From Betaproteobacteria bacterium (GTDB lineage Bacteria; Pseudomonadota; Gammaproteobacteria; Burkholderiales; Burkholderiaceae_C), in NCBI GenBank assembly GCA_031394235.1, contig JANMXG010000398.1:1-46687 (forward strand): DNA of 46,687 nt, in the 5' to 3' direction. The notes under the pieces are model-generated. The model worked only from the letters and a program-made list of their open reading frames with translations. It ran no database searches and was not told the origin of the DNA. Both the position numbers and the translations under genes were made by a program. Below are positions 27,582 to 36,581 of this stretch, in pieces (the stretch's first letter is position 1; each line of letters opens with the position of its first letter).

Positions 27582-28784
27582 ATGAGCAACAACACACCAG
27601 AACCGCGCTATGCCTGGGTTGCAGTCTGGGCCTGTTTTGTCGCGCTGGCGGTGATCTTTGGCGTGTCGTATTCGTTTGCCGCCTTTTTTGGTGCGCTGAC
27701 CTTGGCGTTTGATGCGCAGCGCGCCGATGTTTCGCTGGTCTTCGGCTTGTCTGGGCTGGTGTACTTTTTGGCCGGTGCGGGGGGTGGCATGCTGGCCGAC
27801 CGTTTGGGTCCGCGCCGGGTTTGCAGCGTGGGCATGGTGCTGATCGCCGGCGGCTTGCTCGCCAGCAGCATGGCGCAGTCGATGCTGGCGATCTACGCCG
27901 CCTACGGTGTGGGCATCGGCCTTGGCATCGCGCTGGTCTACACCCCGGCGATCGCCTGCGTGCAGCCCTGGTTCACCCGCCGGCGCGGGCTGGCGGCGGG
28001 TATCGCCAGTGCCGGCATCGGCGCCGGCACGGTGGTGGTGCCGCTGGCGGCCACTGCACTGATCGCCAGCCTGCAGTGGCGCGGCGCAATGCAGGCCCTG
28101 GCTGGCGGCGTGCTGTTGCTGGGCGTGGGCGCCACGCTGCTGCTCAAGCGGGCACCGGCGGCCACCGCCCGCGACGGCGCTGCGGTGGCTGGCCACACGC
28201 TGCGTCAGGCGCTGGCCACGCGCGAGTTCCGCTGGCTGTACGCGATGGCGGTGCTGGCCAGCCCCAGCATGTTTGTGCCGTTTGCCCATGTCTCGGCCGC
28301 GGCGCGGGACCTGGGCGTGGCCGATGCGCGCGCGGTGGGTCTGGTCGGGCTGATCGGCATCGGCAGCCTGACCGGGCGCTTTGCGCTGGGCGCACTGGCC
28401 GACCGCTTCGGCCGGCCGCTGACGCTGGCGCTGACGCAGGCGTCGATGGGCCTGTCCTTCGCCCTGTGGTACGCCGCCGATGGCTACCCGGCGATGGCGG
28501 TGTTTGCGCTGTGGCTGGGCCTGAGCTACGGCGGCATCGTGTCGCTGATGCCGGCGCTGTGCATGGACCTGTTCGGCGCGCGGGCGGTGTCGGCCATCAT
28601 CGGCACGCTCTACACCGGCGCGGCGCTGGGCAACCTGCTGGGGCCGTGGGTGGCGGGTGCGGTGTTTGATGCCCGGCACAGCTACGGGCCGGTGATCTGG
28701 GGCTGCGGCGGGCTGTCGCTGCTGGCCACCGCGGCGGCGTGGCGATTGGTGCCGCGCGCGGCCGGTGGCGCGCGCCGGCCATGA
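27582..28784 (+). CDS. MFS transporter (OFA/monocarboxylate-like)
   Basis: About 12 TMs; GMLADRLGPR and GALADRFGR motifs; WFTRRRGLAAGIA. Confidence 0.88.
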   Translation: MSNNTPEPRYAWVAVWACFVALAVIFGVSYSFAAFFGALTLAFDAQRADVSLVFGLSGLVYFLAGAGGGMLADRLGPRRVCSVGMVLIAGGLLASSMAQSMLAIYAAYGVGIGLGIALVYTPAIACVQPWFTRRRGLAAGIASAGIGAGTVVVPLAATALIASLQWRGAMQALAGGVLLLGVGATLLLKRAPAATARDGAAVAGHTLRQALATREFRWLYAMAVLASPSMFVPFAHVSAAARDLGVADARAVGLVGLIGIGSLTGRFALGALADRFGRPLTLALTQASMGLSFALWYAADGYPAMAVFALWLGLSYGGIVSLMPALCMDLFGARAVSAIIGTLYTGAALGNLLGPWVAGAVFDARHSYGPVIWGCGGLSLLATAAAWRLVPRAAGGARRP

Positions 28785-29272
28785 AGACGCTGTCCTGCGG
28801 CATCCTGGTGATGAATGAGCAGCAAGAGCTGCTGCTGTGCCATGTCACCGGCGCCTGGCACTGGGACATCCCCAAGGGCAGCACCGAGCCGGGTGAGACG
28901 CCGCTGGACGCCGCGCTGCGCGAGACCCGTGAAGAGTGCGGCATCGACTTCACCGGGCAGGCGCTGACCGACCTGGGCCGCATGAGCTACCTGCCGCGCA
29001 AGGACCTGCACCTGTTTGCCGTGCTGACCCAGCGGTTCGACGCGGCCGCCTGCCATTGCGACAGCCACTATGCCGACAGCTGGGGCCGCAACCGGCCCGA
29101 GATGGACGGTTTCGAGTGGACGCCTTTCCACCGGGTGCAGCGCCGGTGTGCCCGTCACATGGGCGGCCTGCTGTCGCAGACGCTGTGGCTGCCGGCATTG
29201 CTGGAACGCTTGCAGGCCGCCGGTCCAGCGCTCGAGATCCAGGCCAACCTGCGGGCCCGCCCATCGCCCTAG
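28781..29272 (+). CDS. NUDIX hydrolase
   Basis: ATGA overlap with the MFS stop; Nudix box PKGSTEPGETPLDAALRETREECG. Confidence 0.88.
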   Translation: MKTLSCGILVMNEQQELLLCHVTGAWHWDIPKGSTEPGETPLDAALRETREECGIDFTGQALTDLGRMSYLPRKDLHLFAVLTQRFDAAACHCDSHYADSWGRNRPEMDGFEWTPFHRVQRRCARHMGGLLSQTLWLPALLERLQAAGPALEIQANLRARPSP

Positions 29273-29334
29273 ACCGCACGGCCTGGACACGCGCGCCCTA
29301 GACTGCGTAGCCGCCCACTGACCCTGAAGGTTCC

Positions 29335-32106
29335 ATGACGATCCGCCGCTGGCTGCCCGCCTTGCTGTTGTGCACGCTGCTGCCGTGGCGGGCTGTCACC
29401 GCAAATGCGCAAGCCGTTGCACCTGCATCGGCCAGCCCGGGCTCAAGCCCGACCACCGAAGTCACCCAGGTCGAGGGCATCACCGAATACCGGCTGCCCA
29501 ACGGCCTGCAACTGCTGCTGGCGCCTGACGCCACCAAGCCCAGCACCACGGTCAACGTGACCTACCGGGTTGGCTCGCGCCACGAGAACTACGGCGAGAC
29601 CGGCATGGCACACCTGCTGGAGCACCTGATCTTCAAAGGCACGCCGACCACCCGTAACCTGATGGCCGAGATGGGCAAGCGCGGGCTGCGCTACAACGGC
29701 AGCACGTCCTACGACCGCACCAACTACTTCGCCAGCTTTTCGGCCAACGACGAAACCCTGCGCTGGTACCTGGCCTGGCAGGCCGACGCGATGGTCAACA
29801 GCTTGATCGCCCGGGCCGACCTGGACACCGAGATGACGGTGGTGCGCAACGAGATGGAATCGGGTGAAAACAACCCGGTGCGGGCCACGCTGCAGCAGAC
29901 CCTGGCGACGATGTACCAGTGGCACAACTACGGCAAGAGCACGATTGGCGCCCGCGCCGACGTCGAAAACGTCGACATCGCGCGGCTGCAGGCCTTCTAC
30001 CGGCGCTACTACCAGCCCGACAACGCCACCCTGGTGGTGGCCGGCAAGTTCGACACTGCCCAGGTGCTGGCCTGGGCGGCCCAGTACTTTGGCCCGCTGC
30101 CCCGGCCGCAGCGCACGCTGCAGCCCAGCTACACGCTGGACCCGGTGCAAGAGGGCGAGCGCGCGGTCACGGTGCGGCGCAAGGGCGGTGCGCCATTGGT
30201 GCTGGTGGGCTGGCCCACGGTGGCCGCAGCGCACCCGGACTTCATGGCCTTCGAGGCGCTGGCCGGCGTGCTGGGGCCGGCGCCGTCCGGCCGGCTGCAC
30301 AAGCGCCTGGTGGACCCCCAACTCGCCGCATCCACCTTCGGCTTTGCCTGGAGCCTGGCCGAGCCCGGCCCGTTTCTGCTGGGCGTGCAGCTGGCGCCCG
30401 GTCAGGACGTGGACCGCGCCCGCAGCGCGCTGCTGGCCACGGTGGACGCACTGGCCACCGAGCCGGTCACCGCCGCCGAACTGGAGCGGGTGCGGGTGCA
30501 GTGGCTCAACGACTGGGACCAGGGTTTTGCCAACCCCGAGCGGTTGGGCGTGGCCTTGTCCGAAGCCATCGGCAACGGCGACTGGCGGCTCTATTTTCTG
30601 GACCGCGACCGCATGCGCCAGCTGCAACTGGCCGACGTGCAGCGGGTGGCCCGCGACCACCTCAAACCCGACAACCGCACGCTCGGCACCTACCTGCCCA
30701 CCGACGACCCGCAGCGCGCACCGGCGCCGGTGTTGGTCGATGTGGCGCCGATGCTCAAGGGCTACCGGGGTGACGCCGCCGTGGCCCAGGCCGAAGTGTT
30801 CGATGCCACCCCGGCCAACCTGGACGCCCGCACCCAGATCACCACCCTGCCCGGCGGGCTGAAAGTCGCCTTGCTGCCCAAGGGCACCCGGGGCAACACG
30901 GTGCAGGCCCGACTGACGCTGCGGTTTGGCGACGAGGCAAGCTTGCGCGGCCAAGGCCTGGCGGTGGCAGCCATGGGCGGACTGATCGACAAGGGCGGCG
31001 CCGGGCTGACGCGCGAGCAGATCTCGGACGCCTTCGACAAGCTGCGCGCCGATGTCGGGTTTTCTGCCGGCGGCCAGGGCCTGTCAGTGGGCATCACAAC
31101 CGTTCGCGAACACCTGCCGGCGGTGCTGCTGCTGGTGGGCAGGCTGCTGCGCGAGCCCGCCTTTCCGGCAGAAGCGCTGGACGAGCGCCGCCGCCAGTCA
31201 CTGGCCGCCATTGCGGCGCAGCGCAGTGAGCCTGGCGCGCTGGCCGCCAACCTGCTGCAGCGCCACGGCAACCCGTACCCGCGCGGTGACCTGCGCTATG
31301 TGCCCACCTTTGACGAGACGGTGCAAGACGTGCAGGGCCTGGACATTGCCGCGGTGCGGGCGGTGCACCGGCGATTTGTCAGCGCGGCCGTGGGCGAGTT
31401 CAGCGCGGTTGGCGACATGGACATCCCGGCCGTGCGCGCCGCGCTGGACGCCGCCTTTGGCGGCTGGCGCCTGCCGCGCGATGGCGCTGCGCCCAGTGCG
31501 TTTTTGCGGGTGCCGCAGCCATTTTTGACGGTGCCGCCGCTGCGCCAGTTGCTCGCCACACCCGACAAGCCCAACGCCACCGGTCTGGTCGAGCAGGCCC
31601 TGGCCATCAACGACAGCCACCCCGATTACCCGGCGCTGCTGGTCGCCAACCACCTGCTGGGTGGCGATGCAATGTCGCGGCTGTGGGCGCGCATCCGCGA
31701 AAAAGACGGCCTGAGCTATGACGTGCGCGCCAGCGTGGCCTGGAGCAACTTCGAGCTGAACTCGCGCTGGCAGGCCTCGGCCATCTTCGCGCCGCAAAAC
31801 CGGGCCAAGGTCGAGGCGGCGTTGCGTGAGGAGGTGGCGCGGGCACTGAAGGACGGTTTCAGCCAGGCCGAGCTGGACGCCGGCCGCACCGGCCTGCTCA
31901 ACCAGCGCCGGCTGGGCCGTGCACAGGACGCGGCGGTGGCCGGCACGCTGGGCGGCAACCTGTACCTGCAGCGCCGGTTTGCACTGCAGCAAAAGACCGA
32001 GGATGCGATTGCCGCGCTGACGCTCGTGCAGGTCAACACAGCCCTGCGCGCCTACATCGACCCGACCCGGTGGGTGTGGGTGTTTGCCGGCGATTTCAAG
32101 CCCTGA
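29335..32106 (+). CDS. Exported M16-family zinc protease (PqqL-like, single chain)
   Basis: Signal peptide; HLLEH inverted zinc motif; NGSTSYDRTNY; YYQPDNATL; second half with RIREKDGLSYDV. Confidence 0.93.
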   Translation: MTIRRWLPALLLCTLLPWRAVTANAQAVAPASASPGSSPTTEVTQVEGITEYRLPNGLQLLLAPDATKPSTTVNVTYRVGSRHENYGETGMAHLLEHLIFKGTPTTRNLMAEMGKRGLRYNGSTSYDRTNYFASFSANDETLRWYLAWQADAMVNSLIARADLDTEMTVVRNEMESGENNPVRATLQQTLATMYQWHNYGKSTIGARADVENVDIARLQAFYRRYYQPDNATLVVAGKFDTAQVLAWAAQYFGPLPRPQRTLQPSYTLDPVQEGERAVTVRRKGGAPLVLVGWPTVAAAHPDFMAFEALAGVLGPAPSGRLHKRLVDPQLAASTFGFAWSLAEPGPFLLGVQLAPGQDVDRARSALLATVDALATEPVTAAELERVRVQWLNDWDQGFANPERLGVALSEAIGNGDWRLYFLDRDRMRQLQLADVQRVARDHLKPDNRTLGTYLPTDDPQRAPAPVLVDVAPMLKGYRGDAAVAQAEVFDATPANLDARTQITTLPGGLKVALLPKGTRGNTVQARLTLRFGDEASLRGQGLAVAAMGGLIDKGGAGLTREQISDAFDKLRADVGFSAGGQGLSVGITTVREHLPAVLLLVGRLLREPAFPAEALDERRRQSLAAIAAQRSEPGALAANLLQRHGNPYPRGDLRYVPTFDETVQDVQGLDIAAVRAVHRRFVSAAVGEFSAVGDMDIPAVRAALDAAFGGWRLPRDGAAPSAFLRVPQPFLTVPPLRQLLATPDKPNATGLVEQALAINDSHPDYPALLVANHLLGGDAMSRLWARIREKDGLSYDVRASVAWSNFELNSRWQASAIFAPQNRAKVEAALREEVARALKDGFSQAELDAGRTGLLNQRRLGRAQDAAVAGTLGGNLYLQRRFALQQKTEDAIAALTLVQVNTALRAYIDPTRWVWVFAGDFKP

Positions 32107-32167
32107 CCGGACGGGAGGGTGCGGGTCTGGCTACCATCACCCGACCCTCAACGCCTGGAGCACCCCG

Positions 32168-33583
32168 ATGCCGACCCGCCTAGCCGAGACCACCGCCACC
32201 GAATTGCTGGCGCTCTTCCGCGCCAAGGCCGCGTCGCCGGTGGAAGCCACACAAGAAGTGCTGGCGCGTATTGCCCAGCTCAACCCCAAGCTCAACGCGT
32301 TTTGCCTGGTCGATGCCGAATCGGCGTTGCAATCCGCCCGCGACAGCGAGGCGCGCTGGCATCGCGGTGCACCGATAGGGCCGTTGGACGGCGTGCCGAC
32401 CTCGATCAAAGACCTGATCCTGACCCGCGGTTGGCCGACACGCCGGGGCTCGATGACGGTAGATGCGGCCCAGCCCTGGGATGTTGACGCGCCGGTCACG
32501 GCCCGGCTGCGCGAGGCCGGCGCGGTGCTGCTGGGCAAGACCGCCACACCTGAGTTTGGCTGCAAGGGCGAGACGAATTCGCCGCTGACCGGCATCACCC
32601 GCAACCCCTGGAGCCTGGACCACACCCCCGGCGGCTCGTCGGGCGGCACCGCGGCGGCGGTCGCGGCCGGGCTGGGGCCACTGAGCGTGGGCACCGACGG
32701 CGCGGGCTCGGTGCGCATCCCGGCGGCGTTTTGTGGCAACTTCGGTTTGAAACCCAGTTTTGGCCGGGTGCCGGCGTACCCGCTTTCGCCGTTTGGCAGT
32801 GTGGCCCACCTGGGGCCGCACACCCTGAGCGTGGCGGATGCGGCGTTGATGATGACGGTGATCAGCCAGCCCGATGCGCGCGACTGGACGGCGCTTGCGC
32901 CCGACGGCCGCGACTACCGCGTCGGGCTGGACGACGGCGTGCGGGGCTTGCGCATTGCCTACTCGCCCACGCTGGGCTATGCCAAGAACGTGCACCCTGA
33001 GGTGGCCGCGGCGGTTGAGCGTGCGGTGCGCGACCTGGAATCGCTGGGCGCGGTGGTCGAGATGGTCGACCCGGGCATCGCCGACCCGCTGGACATCTGC
33101 ACAGGGCTGTGGTTTTTGGGCGCTTTTTCGGTCTGGAGCGGCTTGAGCCCGGCACAGCAGGCGCTGTGCGACCCGGACTTCCGGGCCGAAGCCGAGCTGG
33201 GCGCCCGGCTGACGGCGCTGGACGTTCAAACCCTGAACCTGCGGCGCGGCGCGCTGGGTGGGCACCTGCGGCAGTTCATGCAGGGCTTCGACCTGATCGC
33301 CACGCCAGCGGTGGCGGTGCCGGCATTCAAGGCGCGGCCGGCGGGTCACTCGGCAATCGATGCGGCGTCCCTGCTGGGCTGGACACCGTTTTCATACCCG
33401 TTCAACCTGAGCCAGCAGCCGGCAGCGTCCATCCCGTGCGGCGTGACCTCGGACGGCCTGCCGATCGGCCTGCAGCTGGTGGGCCCGATGTTTGGTGATG
33501 CGCTGGTGCTGCGGGCCTGTCGCGCCTACGAGAGCGTTCGTCCGATCGCCAGGCCGGCGCTGGCCTGGGCGGAGGGTGCGTGA
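32168..33583 (+). CDS. Amidase signature family enzyme
   Basis: ATG at 32168 after GGAG. GVPTSIKD, PGGSSGG, GTDGAGSVRIPA (Ser-cisSer-Lys triad). Confidence 0.93.
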   Translation: MPTRLAETTATELLALFRAKAASPVEATQEVLARIAQLNPKLNAFCLVDAESALQSARDSEARWHRGAPIGPLDGVPTSIKDLILTRGWPTRRGSMTVDAAQPWDVDAPVTARLREAGAVLLGKTATPEFGCKGETNSPLTGITRNPWSLDHTPGGSSGGTAAAVAAGLGPLSVGTDGAGSVRIPAAFCGNFGLKPSFGRVPAYPLSPFGSVAHLGPHTLSVADAALMMTVISQPDARDWTALAPDGRDYRVGLDDGVRGLRIAYSPTLGYAKNVHPEVAAAVERAVRDLESLGAVVEMVDPGIADPLDICTGLWFLGAFSVWSGLSPAQQALCDPDFRAEAELGARLTALDVQTLNLRRGALGGHLRQFMQGFDLIATPAVAVPAFKARPAGHSAIDAASLLGWTPFSYPFNLSQQPAASIPCGVTSDGLPIGLQLVGPMFGDALVLRACRAYESVRPIARPALAWAEGA

Positions 33584-33626
33584 CGTTTGACAGTTGACGG
33601 TTGATGAGGGCCGCGCAGGGCCGCCC

Positions 33627-34595
33627 TCAGGCCACGCTGGTGCGCGTCCAGGTCGTCCGGTCGATTGCCCAGGCGCCCACTGAATCGGGTGTGCCGTGTG
33701 AGAAAAAATCCAGCCGCAAGGCGTTGGGGGTGGTGCTCAGCAGGCCGTAGTTCTCGCATTTCGAGCCCGCGCCCACCAGCCGTTTGATGGCTGCACCGGA
33801 TGAGGTGGCGTCGAACAGCCAGCGCCCGGCACCCAGGTCGATCGCCTGGAAGCGGTTGGCATGGATGTCGCCGCTGAGCACCAGGATGTTGTGTTTGCGG
33901 GCCAGCCCCTGCAACCAGACCCAGTCGTCGAACTGCTCCCAGCGCGCGTCATCGTCGTTGCGCACCACCGACCCCGAGGCCAGCAGGTGCACCGTGCCGG
34001 GCGCAGCCGCGGTCATCTTTGCCTCGATCTCGCCGCGCTGGGCGGCGCCCAGCATGTCGCGGCCGAGTCGCCAGGAGCGGCCGTCGGTCAGGTGCAGCTT
34101 CAAGCCGGGCTCGAGATCGCGGAACTTGTAGCCGGGTGGCGGCTCGTTGGGCTGGTTGATCACGGCGTCGTTGTAGGCGGCCGGGTAACTGCCGGGTGCC
34201 AGCTGCGCGTCGAGCGTGCGGCAAAACGCGTTGAACAGCGCCCGCGTGATGCGGATGTTTTCGGCATAGATGCGCTTGGTGATGGCTTTTTCTTCGTAGT
34301 GCTCGTTCCACAAAAAATCATGGTCGTCCCAGATCGCATCGGTCGGCACCGCCTTGACCAAGGCCCGGAATTGCGGTTGATCGAGCTGCACCTGCCAGCG
34401 CTTGAGCACATGCAGCAGGAAGTCGTTGTTTTCCAAATCCCTCGGGTGGATGTTGTTCGGGAACGGCGGGCCGTCCAGGTAGACCGAGTCGCCCAACAGC
34501 AACAGCCGGTCCGGATGCTGAGCGGCAATCTGGTCCCAGACCGGCTGCTGTGCAAACACGGCATAGGACATGCAGGATGCGAACGCCAGTTTCAT
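33627..34595 (-). CDS. PhoD-like metallophosphoesterase without export signal
   Basis: LAFASC, LLGDSVY, WDDHD, DGRSWR, MLGAAQ, LSGDIH. AGGAG SD present. Confidence 0.82.
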   Translation of the reverse strand: MKLAFASCMSYAVFAQQPVWDQIAAQHPDRLLLLGDSVYLDGPPFPNNIHPRDLENNDFLLHVLKRWQVQLDQPQFRALVKAVPTDAIWDDHDFLWNEHYEEKAITKRIYAENIRITRALFNAFCRTLDAQLAPGSYPAAYNDAVINQPNEPPPGYKFRDLEPGLKLHLTDGRSWRLGRDMLGAAQRGEIEAKMTAAAPGTVHLLASGSVVRNDDDARWEQFDDWVWLQGLARKHNILVLSGDIHANRFQAIDLGAGRWLFDATSSGAAIKRLVGAGSKCENYGLLSTTPNALRLDFFSHGTPDSVGAWAIDRTTWTRTSVA

Positions 34596-34884
34596 GTCTC
34601 TTGCTCCTCGTTGCCGCGGGGGCCGGGCGGCTGCGGTAGGTCAATGTAGTCTCAATTGACCCACCGCAAGCAGCGGGGGCTGACACTGAAACTGGGGGGG
34701 CGGCGGCCAGCGCAGGCTGCGCCCCAGCGCAAGGGCCGACGGATGGTTTGACGGCGGCGCGTCGCGCTTCGCCGCCGCCGCCTCTGCTGCGCCCTCAACT
34801 GGTGCGACGTCTGGCCGATAACAACCATAGGGTGGGGCTGTTTGTTGTTCACCGCCCGCCTTTGCCGCCAACCTGTCGACGCCA

Positions 34885-36225
34885 ATGAAACGCTCACTGG
34901 GCTCTATCGCTCGCAAACTCTTGCACCAGACCGCCCGTGCGGCCATGGCGATACTGCCGCGAGAGCTGCGATTTGCGGTGTACCGGTCGCTGGCCTCGTG
35001 CGACCCGCATCCCGACCCTCGTTTGACCCTGAAGATTGCCGACACTCAGGACGAGTTGACCGCGTGTTTTCGCATCCTGCACGACGCCTACGTGACCGCC
35101 GGTTTCATGAAACCCGACCCCTCCGGGCTGCGCGTGACGATCTACCACGCCCTGCCCACCACCACCACGCTGTGCGCCAAGTGGGATGGCGAGGTCGTCG
35201 GCACGATCTCGATGATCCGGGAAGGTGTGTTCGGCTTTCCGTTGCAGTCGGTGTTCGATTTGAGCGATTTGCGCGCCCAAACCGGCAAGATCGCCGAAAT
35301 ATCGGCGTTGGCGATCGCGCCAGCGTTCCGCAAGACCGGCGGCAGCATCTTGTTTCCGCTCATGAAGTTCATGTACGGGTACTGCGTGGCGTATTTCGAC
35401 ACACGCCATATCGTGATCGCGGTCAATCCGAACAAGATCGAGATGTACGAGTCTTTGCTGTTTTTCGAGCGCCTGCAGGCGCAGGTGGTGGACAACTACG
35501 ACTTTGCCAACGGCGCGCCAGCGGTTGGCGCCGCGCTTGATTTGCTGCGCGCCACGTCGGTGCTGGACAAAGCCTACGGCGGAAAACCCGGACGAAAAAA
35601 TCTGGCGCACTATTTCATCCGGACCCGGTTGTCCAACATCCAGGTTCCGCAGCGCCGCTTTCACACCACCAACGACCCGGTGCTGACGCCGGCGATGATG
35701 GATTACTTCTTCAACCAGCGCACCCAGGTTTTTGCGGGCCTGGACGACCGAAAACGCCTGCTGCTGCGATCGATCTACGACCACGAAAGCTATGCGGCGG
35801 TGCTGCCGCCAGCCGCGGCATCCACCCAAGGCATCGCCTTGCGCCGGCACCAGCGCTTCTCCATCCGATGCCCGGCCCGGCTGGGGGTCGCGTCCTACGG
35901 CGAACGGTTGTCGTTCCCGCTGCAGGTCATCGAGTTGTCCCTGCACGGGTTCAAGGCCGAGTGCGCAGTGCCGCTGCCCGAGGGTACCCAGGGCCGGGTT
36001 GAGATCGACCTGGGTGAGCACGAGGCCGCCAGCGTCGAGGCGACCGCGGTGCGCAGACAGGAGGCCGGCGGGGTCGTCTGCTACGGGTTCTTGGTGCCAG
36101 AGCCCGACCCGGCATGGCGGCGCTGTGTCGCCGCCTTGAATGCCGGACGCACCCATGCCGACCTGGCGCCGTCACCACCTGCCGCACGCCCGGCGACCGC
36201 GCCGGCCATGGCAGCGGTGGACTGA
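34885..36225 (+). CDS. FeeM-type N-acyl amino acid synthase (GNAT) fused to a C-terminal PilZ domain
   Basis: LHDAYVTAGF, VVGTISM, LRAQTGKIAEISALA, IVIAVNP..MYESLLFFE, NGAPAV (NAS/FeeM pattern). PilZ motifs RRHQR (aa 320-324) and ELSLHG (aa 350-355), then YGFLV. Exact start uncertain. Confidence 0.78.
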   Translation: MKRSLGSIARKLLHQTARAAMAILPRELRFAVYRSLASCDPHPDPRLTLKIADTQDELTACFRILHDAYVTAGFMKPDPSGLRVTIYHALPTTTTLCAKWDGEVVGTISMIREGVFGFPLQSVFDLSDLRAQTGKIAEISALAIAPAFRKTGGSILFPLMKFMYGYCVAYFDTRHIVIAVNPNKIEMYESLLFFERLQAQVVDNYDFANGAPAVGAALDLLRATSVLDKAYGGKPGRKNLAHYFIRTRLSNIQVPQRRFHTTNDPVLTPAMMDYFFNQRTQVFAGLDDRKRLLLRSIYDHESYAAVLPPAAASTQGIALRRHQRFSIRCPARLGVASYGERLSFPLQVIELSLHGFKAECAVPLPEGTQGRVEIDLGEHEAASVEATAVRRQEAGGVVCYGFLVPEPDPAWRRCVAALNAGRTHADLAPSPPAARPATAPAMAAVD

Positions 36226-36581
36226 GTCCGGTCGGCTGGCGTTGGCGGGCGGCGGTGACCTGCGTCACTGGCCTACGCGGGCGGGCGCATCGGCGGGCCC
36301 GGTAGACGACCTCAGAGTGCAACAATGAACTCCGGCGTGACTTCGGTCGCACCCGGGGTTGCGCTTCGGCCCTGACATCGGTCGCTGCCTGTTTACAGTC
36401 TGATCTTGGCCGCGTTTCGTTTGGCGGCTCAGGCCGAACACTGATTTTTTTCATCGTTTTGTTGTCCGACTGGGGCGGGATTGCGGTGAAGTTTGCGGTG
36501 CGGGAGGCTGCGCGGGCTTGTCTAGCCCATGTGCGATGAACCCGCAGGGCAGCCAACGGCGCCGGCATGGAGATTTGAGTA

